Positions 6,439 through 15,419 of a stretch of 64,000 nt of DNA are shown piece after piece (the stretch's first letter is position 1; every line of letters begins with the position of its first letter). Both the position numbers and the translations under genes were made by a program. The notes under the pieces are model-generated. The model was not told the origin of the DNA. It did not search any database and saw only the letters and a list, made by a program, of their open reading frames with translations. This DNA comes from an uncultured Ruminococcus sp. (GTDB lineage: Bacteria; Bacillota; Clostridia; Oscillospirales; Ruminococcaceae): the NCBI GenBank assembly GCA_900315755.1, contig ONAI01000012.1, positions 9,064 through 73,063 of the forward strand, in the 5' to 3' direction.

Positions 6439-8919
6439 ATGGATATACGCATTGCCCTTGCAGGCAACCCGAACTGCGGAAAGACTACGCTGTTCAACGC
6501 TCTGACGGGCTCAAATCAGTTTGTCGGAAACTGGCCCGGAGTTACAGTTGAAAAGAAGGAAGGAAAGCTTAAAAAGCACAGTGATGTCATCATAACTGAC
6601 CTTCCGGGAATTTACTCTCTGTCGCCTTACACACTTGAAGAAGTCGTAGCGAGAAACTACCTCATTGGTGAGCGTCCGGATGTTATACTTAACATCATCG
6701 ACGGTACTAATCTTGAACGTAACCTCTACCTCACAACTCAGCTCACAGAGCTTGGTATACCGGTAGTTGTTGCCGTGAACATGATTGACGTGGTGAAGAA
6801 AAACGGTGACAAGATAAATATTACTGAGCTTTCAAAGCAGCTCGGCTGTATGGTAGTGGAGATCTCAGCGCTGAAAGGTACGGGCATACAGGAAGCTGCT
6901 GAGGCAGCTGTAAAGGCTGCAAAGAATGAAAAGACAGTTCCTATGCACACTTTCTCAGGACCTGTTGAACACGCTATCGCTCACATTGAGGAGGCTGTCG
7001 TGCACGATATGCCTGAGGAGCAGCAGCGCTGGTACGCATTGAAGATTTTTGAGCGTGATGACAAGGTCATGGAGAAGCTGAACCTCTCCGAAAATGTGAA
7101 GGCACATATCGAGGAGGACATCTGTGCTGCTGAGAAGGAGCTTGATGATGACGCTGAAAGTATCATCACAAACGAACGCTATATCTACATAGCTGACGTT
7201 ATCAAGTCCTGCTATAAGAAGAAAAGCAGCGGCAAGCTTAACACCTCTGATAAGATCGACAGAGTTGTAACTAACCGCTTCCTCGGACTTCCTATTTTTG
7301 CACTCATTATGATAATCGTTTATTACGTTTCAATCTCGACTATCGGTACGGGTATGACCGACTGGGTAAACGATAACCTCTTCGGCGACGGCTTTATCGT
7401 TTCGATCTCAGGTAACAGGGAGTACAACGACGATAAGGAAGAGTGGGCAGACAAGTATGTATTTACCGATGAAGTTGAAGCTGTTATTGATGCCGCCTGT
7501 GAGGATGAGGAGATTCACGGTGCAGAGGACATCAGAGACGCTTTTGAGTCCGGTGAGTTCGACGATTTCGAGGAGCAGTACGGCTTCTATCGTGACGAAT
7601 TCTACAAGAAGGCTGAGTATGCTGAGGACGAGGAAAATATCCTCAATCCAGAAGCAGTTTACGATATTGATGCTGCACTCGGCGAAGCTCTCGATGAAGA
7701 GGGCGAGTTTACAGCTCCTGATATGGCTGACTACAAGGGCTATGTAAAGAGCATTCCCGGAGCTGCTGAGGATGCACTTGATGATGCCGGCTGTGCAGAG
7801 TGGCTGAAGAGCCTTATCGTTGACGGAATCATCGGCGGTGTAGGTGCAGTTCTCGGATTTGTACCGCAGATGCTTGTGCTTTTCATCTTCCTTGCATTCC
7901 TTGAAGCCTGCGGATATATGGCAAGAGTTGCGTTCATCATGGACAGAATTTTCCGCCGTTTCGGTCTCTCAGGAAAGTCATTCATCCCGATCCTTATCGG
8001 TACAGGTTGTGGCGTTCCCGGTATCATGGCAAGCCGTACTATCGAGAACGAACGTGACAGACGTATGACTATCATGACTACAACATTTATCCCGTGCGGA
8101 GCAAAGCTTCCTATCATCTCGATGATCGCAGTTGCACTCTTCGGCGGTGCATGGTGGGTAGGTTCGAGTGCTTACTTCCTTGGTATGGCAGCTATCGTCG
8201 TATCAGGTATCATGCTCAAAAAGACAAAGATGTTTGCCGGCGATCCTGCACCTTTCGTAATGGAACTTCCTGCATATCATATGCCCACAGTGAAGAATGT
8301 TCTGCGTTCAATGTGGGAGAGAGGCTGGTCGTTTATTAAGAAGGCAGGAACGATCATCCTTCTTTCTTCAATCGTTATCTGGGCAACATCTACACTCGGC
8401 TGGTCTGACGGATCATTCGGCTGGAATGCTGATCTTGAACTCGAAGATTCTCTCCTTGGTCACTTCGGCAATGCAGTCAAGTGGATATTCGCTCCTCTTG
8501 GATTTGACGATGCTGCTGCAACTGTTGCAACAGTTATGGGACTTGTTGCTAAGGAAGAGGTTGTCGGAGTATTCGGTGTCCTCGACTTCGAGGGCATGAC
8601 AAAGCTTGCCGGATATTCCTTCCTCGCTTTCAACCTCCTCTGTGCACCTTGTTTTGCGGCTATCGGCGCTATCAAGCGAGAGATGAACAGCCCTAAGTGG
8701 ACTTGGTTCGCTATCGGCTATCAGTGCGGATTTGCATATGCTGTATCGCTCATCATCTATCAGCTTGGCTGCCTGTTCACTGGCAATGTACACATCATCG
8801 GACTTATCTTTGCACTCGCACTTATCGGACTTTTCATCTATCTCCTCGTAAGACCTTACAAGGAGGCTACAAGATTCGGAAAGAATGTGAAGATAGGCGA
8901 GTCACACGCTAAGGCATAA
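6439..8919 (+). CDS. feoB: Ferrous iron transporter FeoB (826 aa) with a large acidic insertion after TM1
   Basis: N-terminal G domain (GNPNCGKTTLFNALTG, DLPG, NMID) followed by the polytopic FeoB membrane domain. Confidence 0.95.
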   Translation: MDIRIALAGNPNCGKTTLFNALTGSNQFVGNWPGVTVEKKEGKLKKHSDVIITDLPGIYSLSPYTLEEVVARNYLIGERPDVILNIIDGTNLERNLYLTTQLTELGIPVVVAVNMIDVVKKNGDKINITELSKQLGCMVVEISALKGTGIQEAAEAAVKAAKNEKTVPMHTFSGPVEHAIAHIEEAVVHDMPEEQQRWYALKIFERDDKVMEKLNLSENVKAHIEEDICAAEKELDDDAESIITNERYIYIADVIKSCYKKKSSGKLNTSDKIDRVVTNRFLGLPIFALIMIIVYYVSISTIGTGMTDWVNDNLFGDGFIVSISGNREYNDDKEEWADKYVFTDEVEAVIDAACEDEEIHGAEDIRDAFESGEFDDFEEQYGFYRDEFYKKAEYAEDEENILNPEAVYDIDAALGEALDEEGEFTAPDMADYKGYVKSIPGAAEDALDDAGCAEWLKSLIVDGIIGGVGAVLGFVPQMLVLFIFLAFLEACGYMARVAFIMDRIFRRFGLSGKSFIPILIGTGCGVPGIMASRTIENERDRRMTIMTTTFIPCGAKLPIISMIAVALFGGAWWVGSSAYFLGMAAIVVSGIMLKKTKMFAGDPAPFVMELPAYHMPTVKNVLRSMWERGWSFIKKAGTIILLSSIVIWATSTLGWSDGSFGWNADLELEDSLLGHFGNAVKWIFAPLGFDDAAATVATVMGLVAKEEVVGVFGVLDFEGMTKLAGYSFLAFNLLCAPCFAAIGAIKREMNSPKWTWFAIGYQCGFAYAVSLIIYQLGCLFTGNVHIIGLIFALALIGLFIYLLVRPYKEATRFGKNVKIGESHAKA

Positions 8920-8928
8920 GGAGAAATT

Positions 8929-9075
8929 ATGGGTACTGTAATTGTTTTGCTGATCCTTGTTCTCATTGTAGGAGCAGTCGTTTATTCGATGATACGGGAT
9001 AAAAAAAGCGGCAAGGGCGGCTGCGGCTGCGGCTGTAAAAACTGTGCAATGCACGGTCAGTGCCATAAAGAATAA
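8929..9075 (+). CDS. FeoB-associated Cys-rich small membrane protein (48 aa)
   Basis: Not in the ORF track because it is short. ATG 8929 follows GGAGA. MGTVIVLLILVLIVGAVVYSMIRDKKSGKGGCGCGCKNCAMHGQCHKE has one TM helix and a Cys-rich tail, as is typical downstream of clostridial feoB. Confidence 0.65.
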   Translation: MGTVIVLLILVLIVGAVVYSMIRDKKSGKGGCGCGCKNCAMHGQCHKE

Positions 9076-9151
9076 TCAGAACATCGGGGCGGTGTTTACA
9101 TCGCCCCATACATCAAACTATATGTTAGCGTATACTAATAAAGGAGGTATT

Positions 9152-9451
9152 ATGAGTATCGTTATAGTTGGCGGTAACGACCGTATGGCTACCCGCTATC
9201 AGGACATCTGCAAGTCATTCAATCACAAGTCAAAGGTATTCACTCAGCTTCCGGCAGATTTTGAAAATAAGATCGGAAGTCCTGATCTCATGGTGGTATT
9301 CACCGGAACGTGTTCCCACAAAATGCTCGGTACAGTAAAAAAGAGTTCACAGAAAAACGGTGTGCCTGTTGAGCACGTTCACAGTTCAAGCGTCAGCGCA
9401 TTGAAGCAGCTTTTATCCGATATAAAGGTGAAGAAATATGTCCGAACTTGA
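9152..9451 (+). CDS. DUF2325 family protein
   Basis: ATG 9152 follows AAGGAGG. Sequence MSIVIVGGNDRM...VVFTGTCSHKM...VEHVHSSSVSAL fits the family pattern as I recall it. Confidence 0.6.
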   Translation: MSIVIVGGNDRMATRYQDICKSFNHKSKVFTQLPADFENKIGSPDLMVVFTGTCSHKMLGTVKKSSQKNGVPVEHVHSSSVSALKQLLSDIKVKKYVRT

Positions 9452-10016
9452 ACGCACAAGCATAGACGGCATACTTGCATTTCACGGTGCGCCGACACTT
9501 CTCGGAGTTAAGTGTGCGAATCTTATTTCATTTGACAGGAACGAGTGCACAATGTCGGAATATCTGTGTGAATATGCAGATAAGCTTGCTGAATGCGGAC
9601 TTTGCGCGAAGCAGCTTTGCAAGTGCCGGGATAGAACACTTGTCTATATCTACAATGAGAAAATGCTTGGCGCGTGGCTGAGTATGCAGAAAGTACGGAA
9701 TTTTCTTGCGGAGTATGGCTATACTTCGGATATGGATACAGATACAATGCTCGGTGTGCTTGCAAGCCGTATAAGCTGCGGCAGTTTTCCGCATGAGATA
9801 GGCGCTTTTCTCGGCTATCCCATAGCAGATATAAAAGGCTTTATCAGTAACAGCGGCAAAAACTGTCTGCTGTGCGGATACTGGAAGGTCTACAAAAACG
9901 CCGGAATGGCCCAGAAGACATTTAAAGCTTATGATCGTTGCAGGAATATCCTGTTCGATAGATTAAAATCCGGTCTGGACTTGTTTCAGGCTATTTCCAA
10001 GGAGGAAAATATATGA
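9438..10016 (+). CDS. DUF3793 family protein
   Basis: HGAPTLLGVKCANL...FPHEIGAFLGYPIADIKGFI...GYWKVY. Its start overlaps the upstream gene and its stop overlaps the flavodoxin start, suggesting translational coupling. Confidence 0.65.
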   Translation: MSELERTSIDGILAFHGAPTLLGVKCANLISFDRNECTMSEYLCEYADKLAECGLCAKQLCKCRDRTLVYIYNEKMLGAWLSMQKVRNFLAEYGYTSDMDTDTMLGVLASRISCGSFPHEIGAFLGYPIADIKGFISNSGKNCLLCGYWKVYKNAGMAQKTFKAYDRCRNILFDRLKSGLDLFQAISKEENI

Positions 10017-10417
10017 AAACAGCAGTTATTTATTGGAGCGGCACTGGCAACACCGAAGCTATGGCTAAGGCAGTAGCTGAGGGGGCGAATGCAGAGCTTT
10101 TTGCAGTTTCAGATTTCACAGGCAATGCAGCAGATTATGATGCATTCGCTTTCGGCTGTCCTGCAATGGGCGCAGAGGTGCTTGAAGAAGAGAAATTTGA
10201 ACCGTTTTTCACCGGCATCGAGAGTTCGCTCAGCGGCAAGAAGGTACTTCTTTTCGGCTCTTACGGCTGGGGCGACGGCGAGTGGATGCGTAACTGGTAC
10301 GACCGCACAAAGGCAGCCGGCGCAGAACTTATCGGTGATGAAGGATTTATCGTGAATGAAGCTCCGTCCGACGATGACCTCGCAAAGCTTAAAGAGCTTG
10401 CTTCACAGCTTGCGTAA
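10013..10417 (+). CDS. Short-chain flavodoxin
   Basis: MKTAVIYWSGTGNTEAMA FMN-phosphate loop; 134 aa. Confidence 0.9.
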   Translation: MKTAVIYWSGTGNTEAMAKAVAEGANAELFAVSDFTGNAADYDAFAFGCPAMGAEVLEEEKFEPFFTGIESSLSGKKVLLFGSYGWGDGEWMRNWYDRTKAAGAELIGDEGFIVNEAPSDDDLAKLKELASQLA

Positions 10418-10426
10418 GGAGGAAAA

Positions 10427-11890
10427 ATGAAAAAGATAATTTCACTTATCAGTACGGCGGCCTGCATGGCTGCGTTTACTGTTGCTTCACTCCCTGCAAA
10501 TGCTGCGGATGGCGACAAGGTATACGGAACGATGAATATTCCTTATGCTGACTTCTATTCGGCTGAGATAGAGAACGCATATGAAGTTGATGCTGTATCA
10601 TCAGCTACTACAAGCAAATGGGCAATGAATGAACCCGGCAAGCTTGTTGCCGGCACTTACAATGACGGAAAGGGTACTATTCTCGGTGTGACATATCCTG
10701 TTGAGGTCGATGCTTCGGACGTTGAAAAGCTTGCAAAGTACGATTTCAAGGCACTTGATGAAAAGCCGGCTGCGTACAAGGAGGTTTCGGTTTCAGGCGA
10801 TTCACTCACTGTTTCCAAAGTCATTGACACAAACGGCGAGCAGAATGTCAGCGGCTCAGCCGAGGTCTCTACCGCTGCAAGATACGGCGATTATCAGCTC
10901 AACGTCAAGGGGTATCCTGAGGACGCTGATCTCTACGGCGTTATCGCGAATACTAAGGAGGGTGACAAGTATGCGCTCCGTCACCTTGAAAATATCTGGC
11001 GCGCCGGACAGCTTGCGTGGTCGGCAGGTATCACCACAAAGGAAGGTCACGGCAATGAGCTGAAATTTGAAAATTACGCAAACTCAATGGGCAAAACTGT
11101 CACTTCTGTAACGTTTATCACTCTCGACGGATATACGAATGTTGACATCGGTGAGAATTATCTTCCGGTCAAGTTTGCAGGGGAGGTCAAGGCAGAGGAT
11201 TCTGCTGCAGGTACCGGCAAGACTTCACTCACACTTACAGGCTTCCCTGAGGATTATCAGAAGAATATCACTGTCGGTGAGGGCTTCACAGTGAATGGAA
11301 CTGAGATATCCTACACGAACGCAAAGCCCGGCAAATATACTGTAACAGTCACTGATGAAAGCGGAAAGTATGCTTCTATGACAAGTAATTTCATACTCAC
11401 AACTGAGGATATTCCCGTGAAGTATGAGGACGGCAAGCTTGTAAAGGCAGACGGCTTCTCTGATGATGACGCTGCAAACTTCATCAAGAATATTGCAAAT
11501 GCTGAGGTGAACGGAACTACATACAATGCTGCCGGAAAGCGTTCAGTTAAGATCATTGGCGAGGACGGAAGTATCGACTTTGCTGCGAAGTCCGGCGAGA
11601 ACAATGTATTCGACGGCAGCGGAAATTACAGTATGGCTGTCACAGCGACCGGCTACACAAAGCCTTACAGCTTCGAGATCAGCTCCGTATCTGAACCGGA
11701 TGAGGATGCAGCCACAACCACAACAACTACTACAACTGACACTCAGACTACTACCACAACAACTTCAACGACTTCATCTGCCGGCAGTTCCGACAGTCCT
11801 AAAACCGGCGATGCAGGTGCAGGAGTTCCTGCTGCTATATTTGCACTTGCGGCTATGACCGCAGTCGTGATGCGCAAAAAGAAATCCTGA
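10427..11890 (+). CDS. Sortase-anchored cell-surface protein of unknown function
   Basis: Signal peptide (cleavage after ANA), Thr-rich stalk, then an SPKTG sorting motif with a hydrophobic segment and RKKKS tail. An EVDAVSSATTS motif lies near the N-terminus. Confidence 0.75.
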   Translation: MKKIISLISTAACMAAFTVASLPANAADGDKVYGTMNIPYADFYSAEIENAYEVDAVSSATTSKWAMNEPGKLVAGTYNDGKGTILGVTYPVEVDASDVEKLAKYDFKALDEKPAAYKEVSVSGDSLTVSKVIDTNGEQNVSGSAEVSTAARYGDYQLNVKGYPEDADLYGVIANTKEGDKYALRHLENIWRAGQLAWSAGITTKEGHGNELKFENYANSMGKTVTSVTFITLDGYTNVDIGENYLPVKFAGEVKAEDSAAGTGKTSLTLTGFPEDYQKNITVGEGFTVNGTEISYTNAKPGKYTVTVTDESGKYASMTSNFILTTEDIPVKYEDGKLVKADGFSDDDAANFIKNIANAEVNGTTYNAAGKRSVKIIGEDGSIDFAAKSGENNVFDGSGNYSMAVTATGYTKPYSFEISSVSEPDEDAATTTTTTTTDTQTTTTTTSTTSSAGSSDSPKTGDAGAGVPAAIFALAAMTAVVMRKKKS

Positions 11891-11964
11891 TTTTTTCCTT
11901 TCCATAATATATGACCTCTGCGGCTTGCGGCTGCGGAGGTCAAATGCTGTAAAGAGGTTATTCT

Positions 11965-12369
11965 ATGTTGTTTATTATTTCACTTTCAATAGTGACTGCT
12001 GCTGTAATTTTGCTTGATAAGCCGTTGAAAAAACAGCCGTCAGTATTCTATGTGGCAGCGGCAGTTCTGACCGCATTTTCGATAGTTATCGACCATTCGG
12101 ACATCGCTGTGAGCAGCTTTGTTAAGGATAATGTGCTTGCAATATTCACTCGCGGAGCTCTGGGAGCGGCTTTATGGGCAGTTGTCATGTGGACGGGGGC
12201 ACTTCCGAACGGCTCTGCTGCGATAAAAAAGCTTATGCCTATACGCGGCGAGCTTTCAATAACTGCGGCGATAATTACGTTTTCTCATATCGTACGAAAA
12301 CGCCCGGTTAATCACGATCACCAAAACAATATTTACACCTTTATTATTCACCGCTTGCACCATAGTTAG
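11965..12369 (+). CDS. YedZ/MsrQ-like ferric-reductase-type membrane protein, apparently truncated after about 110 aa
   Basis: Three TM segments and LMPIRGELSITAAIITFSHI, which resembles the IRRxLGxxAFxxAxLH heme-ligand helix. The last ~25 codons are non-membrane sequence and overlap the asnB 3' end. Confidence 0.4.
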   Translation: MLFIISLSIVTAAVILLDKPLKKQPSVFYVAAAVLTAFSIVIDHSDIAVSSFVKDNVLAIFTRGALGAALWAVVMWTGALPNGSAAIKKLMPIRGELSITAAIITFSHIVRKRPVNHDHQNNIYTFIIHRLHHS

Positions 12370-13921
12370 AGAGAACACGCGCAGAAGGGTCGTTTACATT
12401 GCAGCCTTCCCAGTCCTTGTTTGGCATCCAGAAATCTACCACCATTTCGCTGTTATCGGGGTAATATTTCTCGAATATCTCACGGTAGAGGAGAGATTCC
12501 TTTGTGAACGGCTTTGCGTGGGAATATTTAGTGCATTTCAGCTCGAACTCCTCGTCAGAATAGTAATTCTCAGCATATTCCTTGAGATAGTCGACCATTG
12601 AGTGACCAACAGCATCCGAGAATGCAGCCTTTTCACGGTATAGAATATCATGCGGCAGATAGTCTCCCTCAAATGCGTGACGGAGGAGGTACTTACCCTT
12701 GTTATACTTGTTGAGTTTCATCTCAGGATCTATTGCCATGACGTACTTCACGAAGTCGAGGTCACCGAACGGCACACGCGCTTCTAGTGAGTTTACAGAA
12801 ATGCAACGGTCTGCACGGAGTACATCGTACATATGCAGTTCGTGGACGCGCTTTACTGATTCCTGCTGAAATTCCTCTGCTGACGGGGCGAAGTCTGTAT
12901 ACTTATATCCGAAAAGCTCATCGGAGATCTCACCTGTGAGAAGCACACGAATATCTGTCTGTTCATGGATAGCCTTGCAGAGAAGGTACATTCCCATGCT
13001 TGCGCGGATAGTTGTTATGTCAAATGTACCGAGAAGATGGATAACATCTTCAAGAGCCGAGATAACATCGTCGCTTGTTATGATGACCTCGGTATGGTCG
13101 CTTCCGATGTAGTCTGCGACCTGCTTTGCGTATTTCAGGTCGATAGCATCGGTATTCATACCGATAGCGAAGGTGCGTATAGGTTTATCACTTTCACGTT
13201 GAGCAATAGCGCAGACAAGTGAGGAATCAAGTCCGCCTGAAAGCAGGAAGCCTACCTTTGCATCAGCATCAAGACGTTTCTTAACGCCTGCGACCAGCTT
13301 ATCATGGATATTCTTACAAACAGTATCAATATCGTGGTAAAGTACGGTATCAACTGCGGTTATGTCACAGTAGCAGTGGAATTTTCCGCCCTTGTAGTAG
13401 TGACCGGGCGGAAACGGCATGATTTTTTTGCAAAGCTTTACGAGGTTTTTAGCTTCGCTGGCAAATAACATTGTGCCGTCCTCGGATTTGCCGTAGTACA
13501 GCGGGCGTATGCCTATCGGATCACGGGCAGCGATGAATTCGCCTGATGCGTCATCGTATATCACGCAGGCAAATTCCGCGTCCAGCTTTTCAAACATATC
13601 CGTACCATATTCACGGTACATAGGCAGAAGTATTTCACAGTCGCTGTCGCTTCTGAATACATATCCCTTTGAGATCAGCTCATCGCGGAGCTTTCTGAAG
13701 CCGTATATCTCACCGTTGCAGACAGCAAAATCGCCGTCCAGTTCAAATGGCTGCATTCCCTCAGGAGTGAGTCCCATTATGGAAAGTCTCTGAAATCCGA
13801 GAACTCCTCCAGCGACTTCCTGTATTCTCTGATCGTCAGGTCCGCGGGAGACAGTTGCTTTCAGTCCCTCAGTAACCTTTTCCATACCGCCAACACCGCA
13901 GTATGCCATTATCGTACACAT
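12344..13921 (-). CDS. asnB: Asparagine synthetase (glutamine-hydrolysing)
   Basis: N-terminal MC nucleophile, SGGLDSS pyrophosphatase loop, 525 aa. Confidence 0.9.
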   Translation of the reverse strand: MCTIMAYCGVGGMEKVTEGLKATVSRGPDDQRIQEVAGGVLGFQRLSIMGLTPEGMQPFELDGDFAVCNGEIYGFRKLRDELISKGYVFRSDSDCEILLPMYREYGTDMFEKLDAEFACVIYDDASGEFIAARDPIGIRPLYYGKSEDGTMLFASEAKNLVKLCKKIMPFPPGHYYKGGKFHCYCDITAVDTVLYHDIDTVCKNIHDKLVAGVKKRLDADAKVGFLLSGGLDSSLVCAIAQRESDKPIRTFAIGMNTDAIDLKYAKQVADYIGSDHTEVIITSDDVISALEDVIHLLGTFDITTIRASMGMYLLCKAIHEQTDIRVLLTGEISDELFGYKYTDFAPSAEEFQQESVKRVHELHMYDVLRADRCISVNSLEARVPFGDLDFVKYVMAIDPEMKLNKYNKGKYLLRHAFEGDYLPHDILYREKAAFSDAVGHSMVDYLKEYAENYYSDEEFELKCTKYSHAKPFTKESLLYREIFEKYYPDNSEMVVDFWMPNKDWEGCNVNDPSARVLSNYGASGE

Positions 13922-13983
13922 AGTATATTCCTCCGAATAATAGGTATATCAGCTGCTGCACATCGCCATTGATGTGCGGCTTT

Positions 13984-15405
13984 TTATTTGTGAATTTTTT
14001 CGTCAAATTTGTTCTTGCTTCCTGCACCGGAAACGTCCACAGGATAATTACCGGTGAAGCAGCCTTTGCAGTAGCCGAAGCGTTTATCAATAAGTTCACC
14101 GAGGCACTCGACCGGCAGATATGCAAGGCTGTCTGCACCTATATATCGTGAGATCTCCTCAGTGTTACTGTATTTGCCGGCGATGAGATTTTCCTCCGAA
14201 TCAATGTCTGTGCCGAAGTGGCAGGTGTGAAGGAAAGGCGGCGATGAGATACGGACGTGTACCTCTTTAGCACCTGCATCACGCAGCACTTTTACTATTC
14301 TCGCACTTGTCGTTCCGCGGACTATCGAATCATCTATCATTATCACGCGCTTGCCCGCAACGCTCTCGCGGATAGCATTCAGCTTTATCTTTACCGCATT
14401 CTCACGCTGATGCTGTTCAGGCTGAATGAAGCTGCGTCCGATGTACTTGTTTTTGATGAAGCCGATACCGTAGGGGATACCGCTTTCGTTCGCGTATCCG
14501 AGAGCAGCATCAAGTCCTGAATCCGGAACGCCAATGACTATATCTGCGTCTACGGGGCTGTGCTTCGCAAGAAGCTGCCCTGCTTTCAGACGTGCGTGGT
14601 GTACTGATATTCCCTCTATGACAGAGTCCGGACGTGCAAAGTAGATGTACTCGAAAATGCAGATATTACGTTTGCTTGTACAGTTGGTACGTATGGAATT
14701 AAGACCGTCTTTTCCGATGACGATTATCTCTCCCGCGTCAACATCGCGCAGGAACTCCGCACCCACTGTTTCGAGGGCACAGGACTCGGAAGCGACCACA
14801 TAAGCGCCGTCTTGTGTCCTGCCGATACACAGCGGACGGAAGCCATCCGGATCGCGGAAAGCTATAAGCTTTGTCGCTGTCATCAGTATGCAGGAGTATG
14901 CGCCTTTGATGAAAGGCATTGCGCGTTCAACAGCCTGCTCGGTAGAACTGCTTGTCAGACGTTCACGGACTATGGAATAGGCTATCGCCTCCGTATCGGA
15001 AGTGCCGTGGAAGATCGCTCCCGACATCTCGAACGAACGGCGCAGTTCAGGCGCATTGACGAGATTGCCGTTGTGAACGAGAGCCATATTGCCCTTGATA
15101 TGACGTATTACAAGTGGCTGGATATTATTGTGGTTATGTCCGCCTGTGGTGGAGTAGCGGACGTGTCCCACAGCCATATTACCGCTGCCCAGCTTATCGA
15201 GTTCCTCTTTGCTGAACACCTCTGAGACAAGTCCGTCCGCACGTTTATGCCTGAAGATACCGTCATCGCAGACAGTTATGCCACAGCTTTCCTGACCTCT
15301 GTGCTGGAGCGCATAAAGCCCGAAATACACTGATGCTGCAACGTCTGAGGCCTTGTTTTCGTATATGCCGAAAACCCCGCATTCTTCGTGGATACTGTCA
15401 AACAT
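13984..15405 (-). CDS. purF: Amidophosphoribosyltransferase (glutamine PRPP amidotransferase)
   Basis: Short propeptide followed by CGVFGI, PRTase motif VIMIDDSIVRGTT, and C-terminal Fe-S cysteines. Confidence 0.95.
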   Translation of the reverse strand: MFDSIHEECGVFGIYENKASDVAASVYFGLYALQHRGQESCGITVCDDGIFRHKRADGLVSEVFSKEELDKLGSGNMAVGHVRYSTTGGHNHNNIQPLVIRHIKGNMALVHNGNLVNAPELRRSFEMSGAIFHGTSDTEAIAYSIVRERLTSSSTEQAVERAMPFIKGAYSCILMTATKLIAFRDPDGFRPLCIGRTQDGAYVVASESCALETVGAEFLRDVDAGEIIVIGKDGLNSIRTNCTSKRNICIFEYIYFARPDSVIEGISVHHARLKAGQLLAKHSPVDADIVIGVPDSGLDAALGYANESGIPYGIGFIKNKYIGRSFIQPEQHQRENAVKIKLNAIRESVAGKRVIMIDDSIVRGTTSARIVKVLRDAGAKEVHVRISSPPFLHTCHFGTDIDSEENLIAGKYSNTEEISRYIGADSLAYLPVECLGELIDKRFGYCKGCFTGNYPVDVSGAGSKNKFDEKIHK

Positions 15406-15419
15406 TTTCTACGCCTCTC

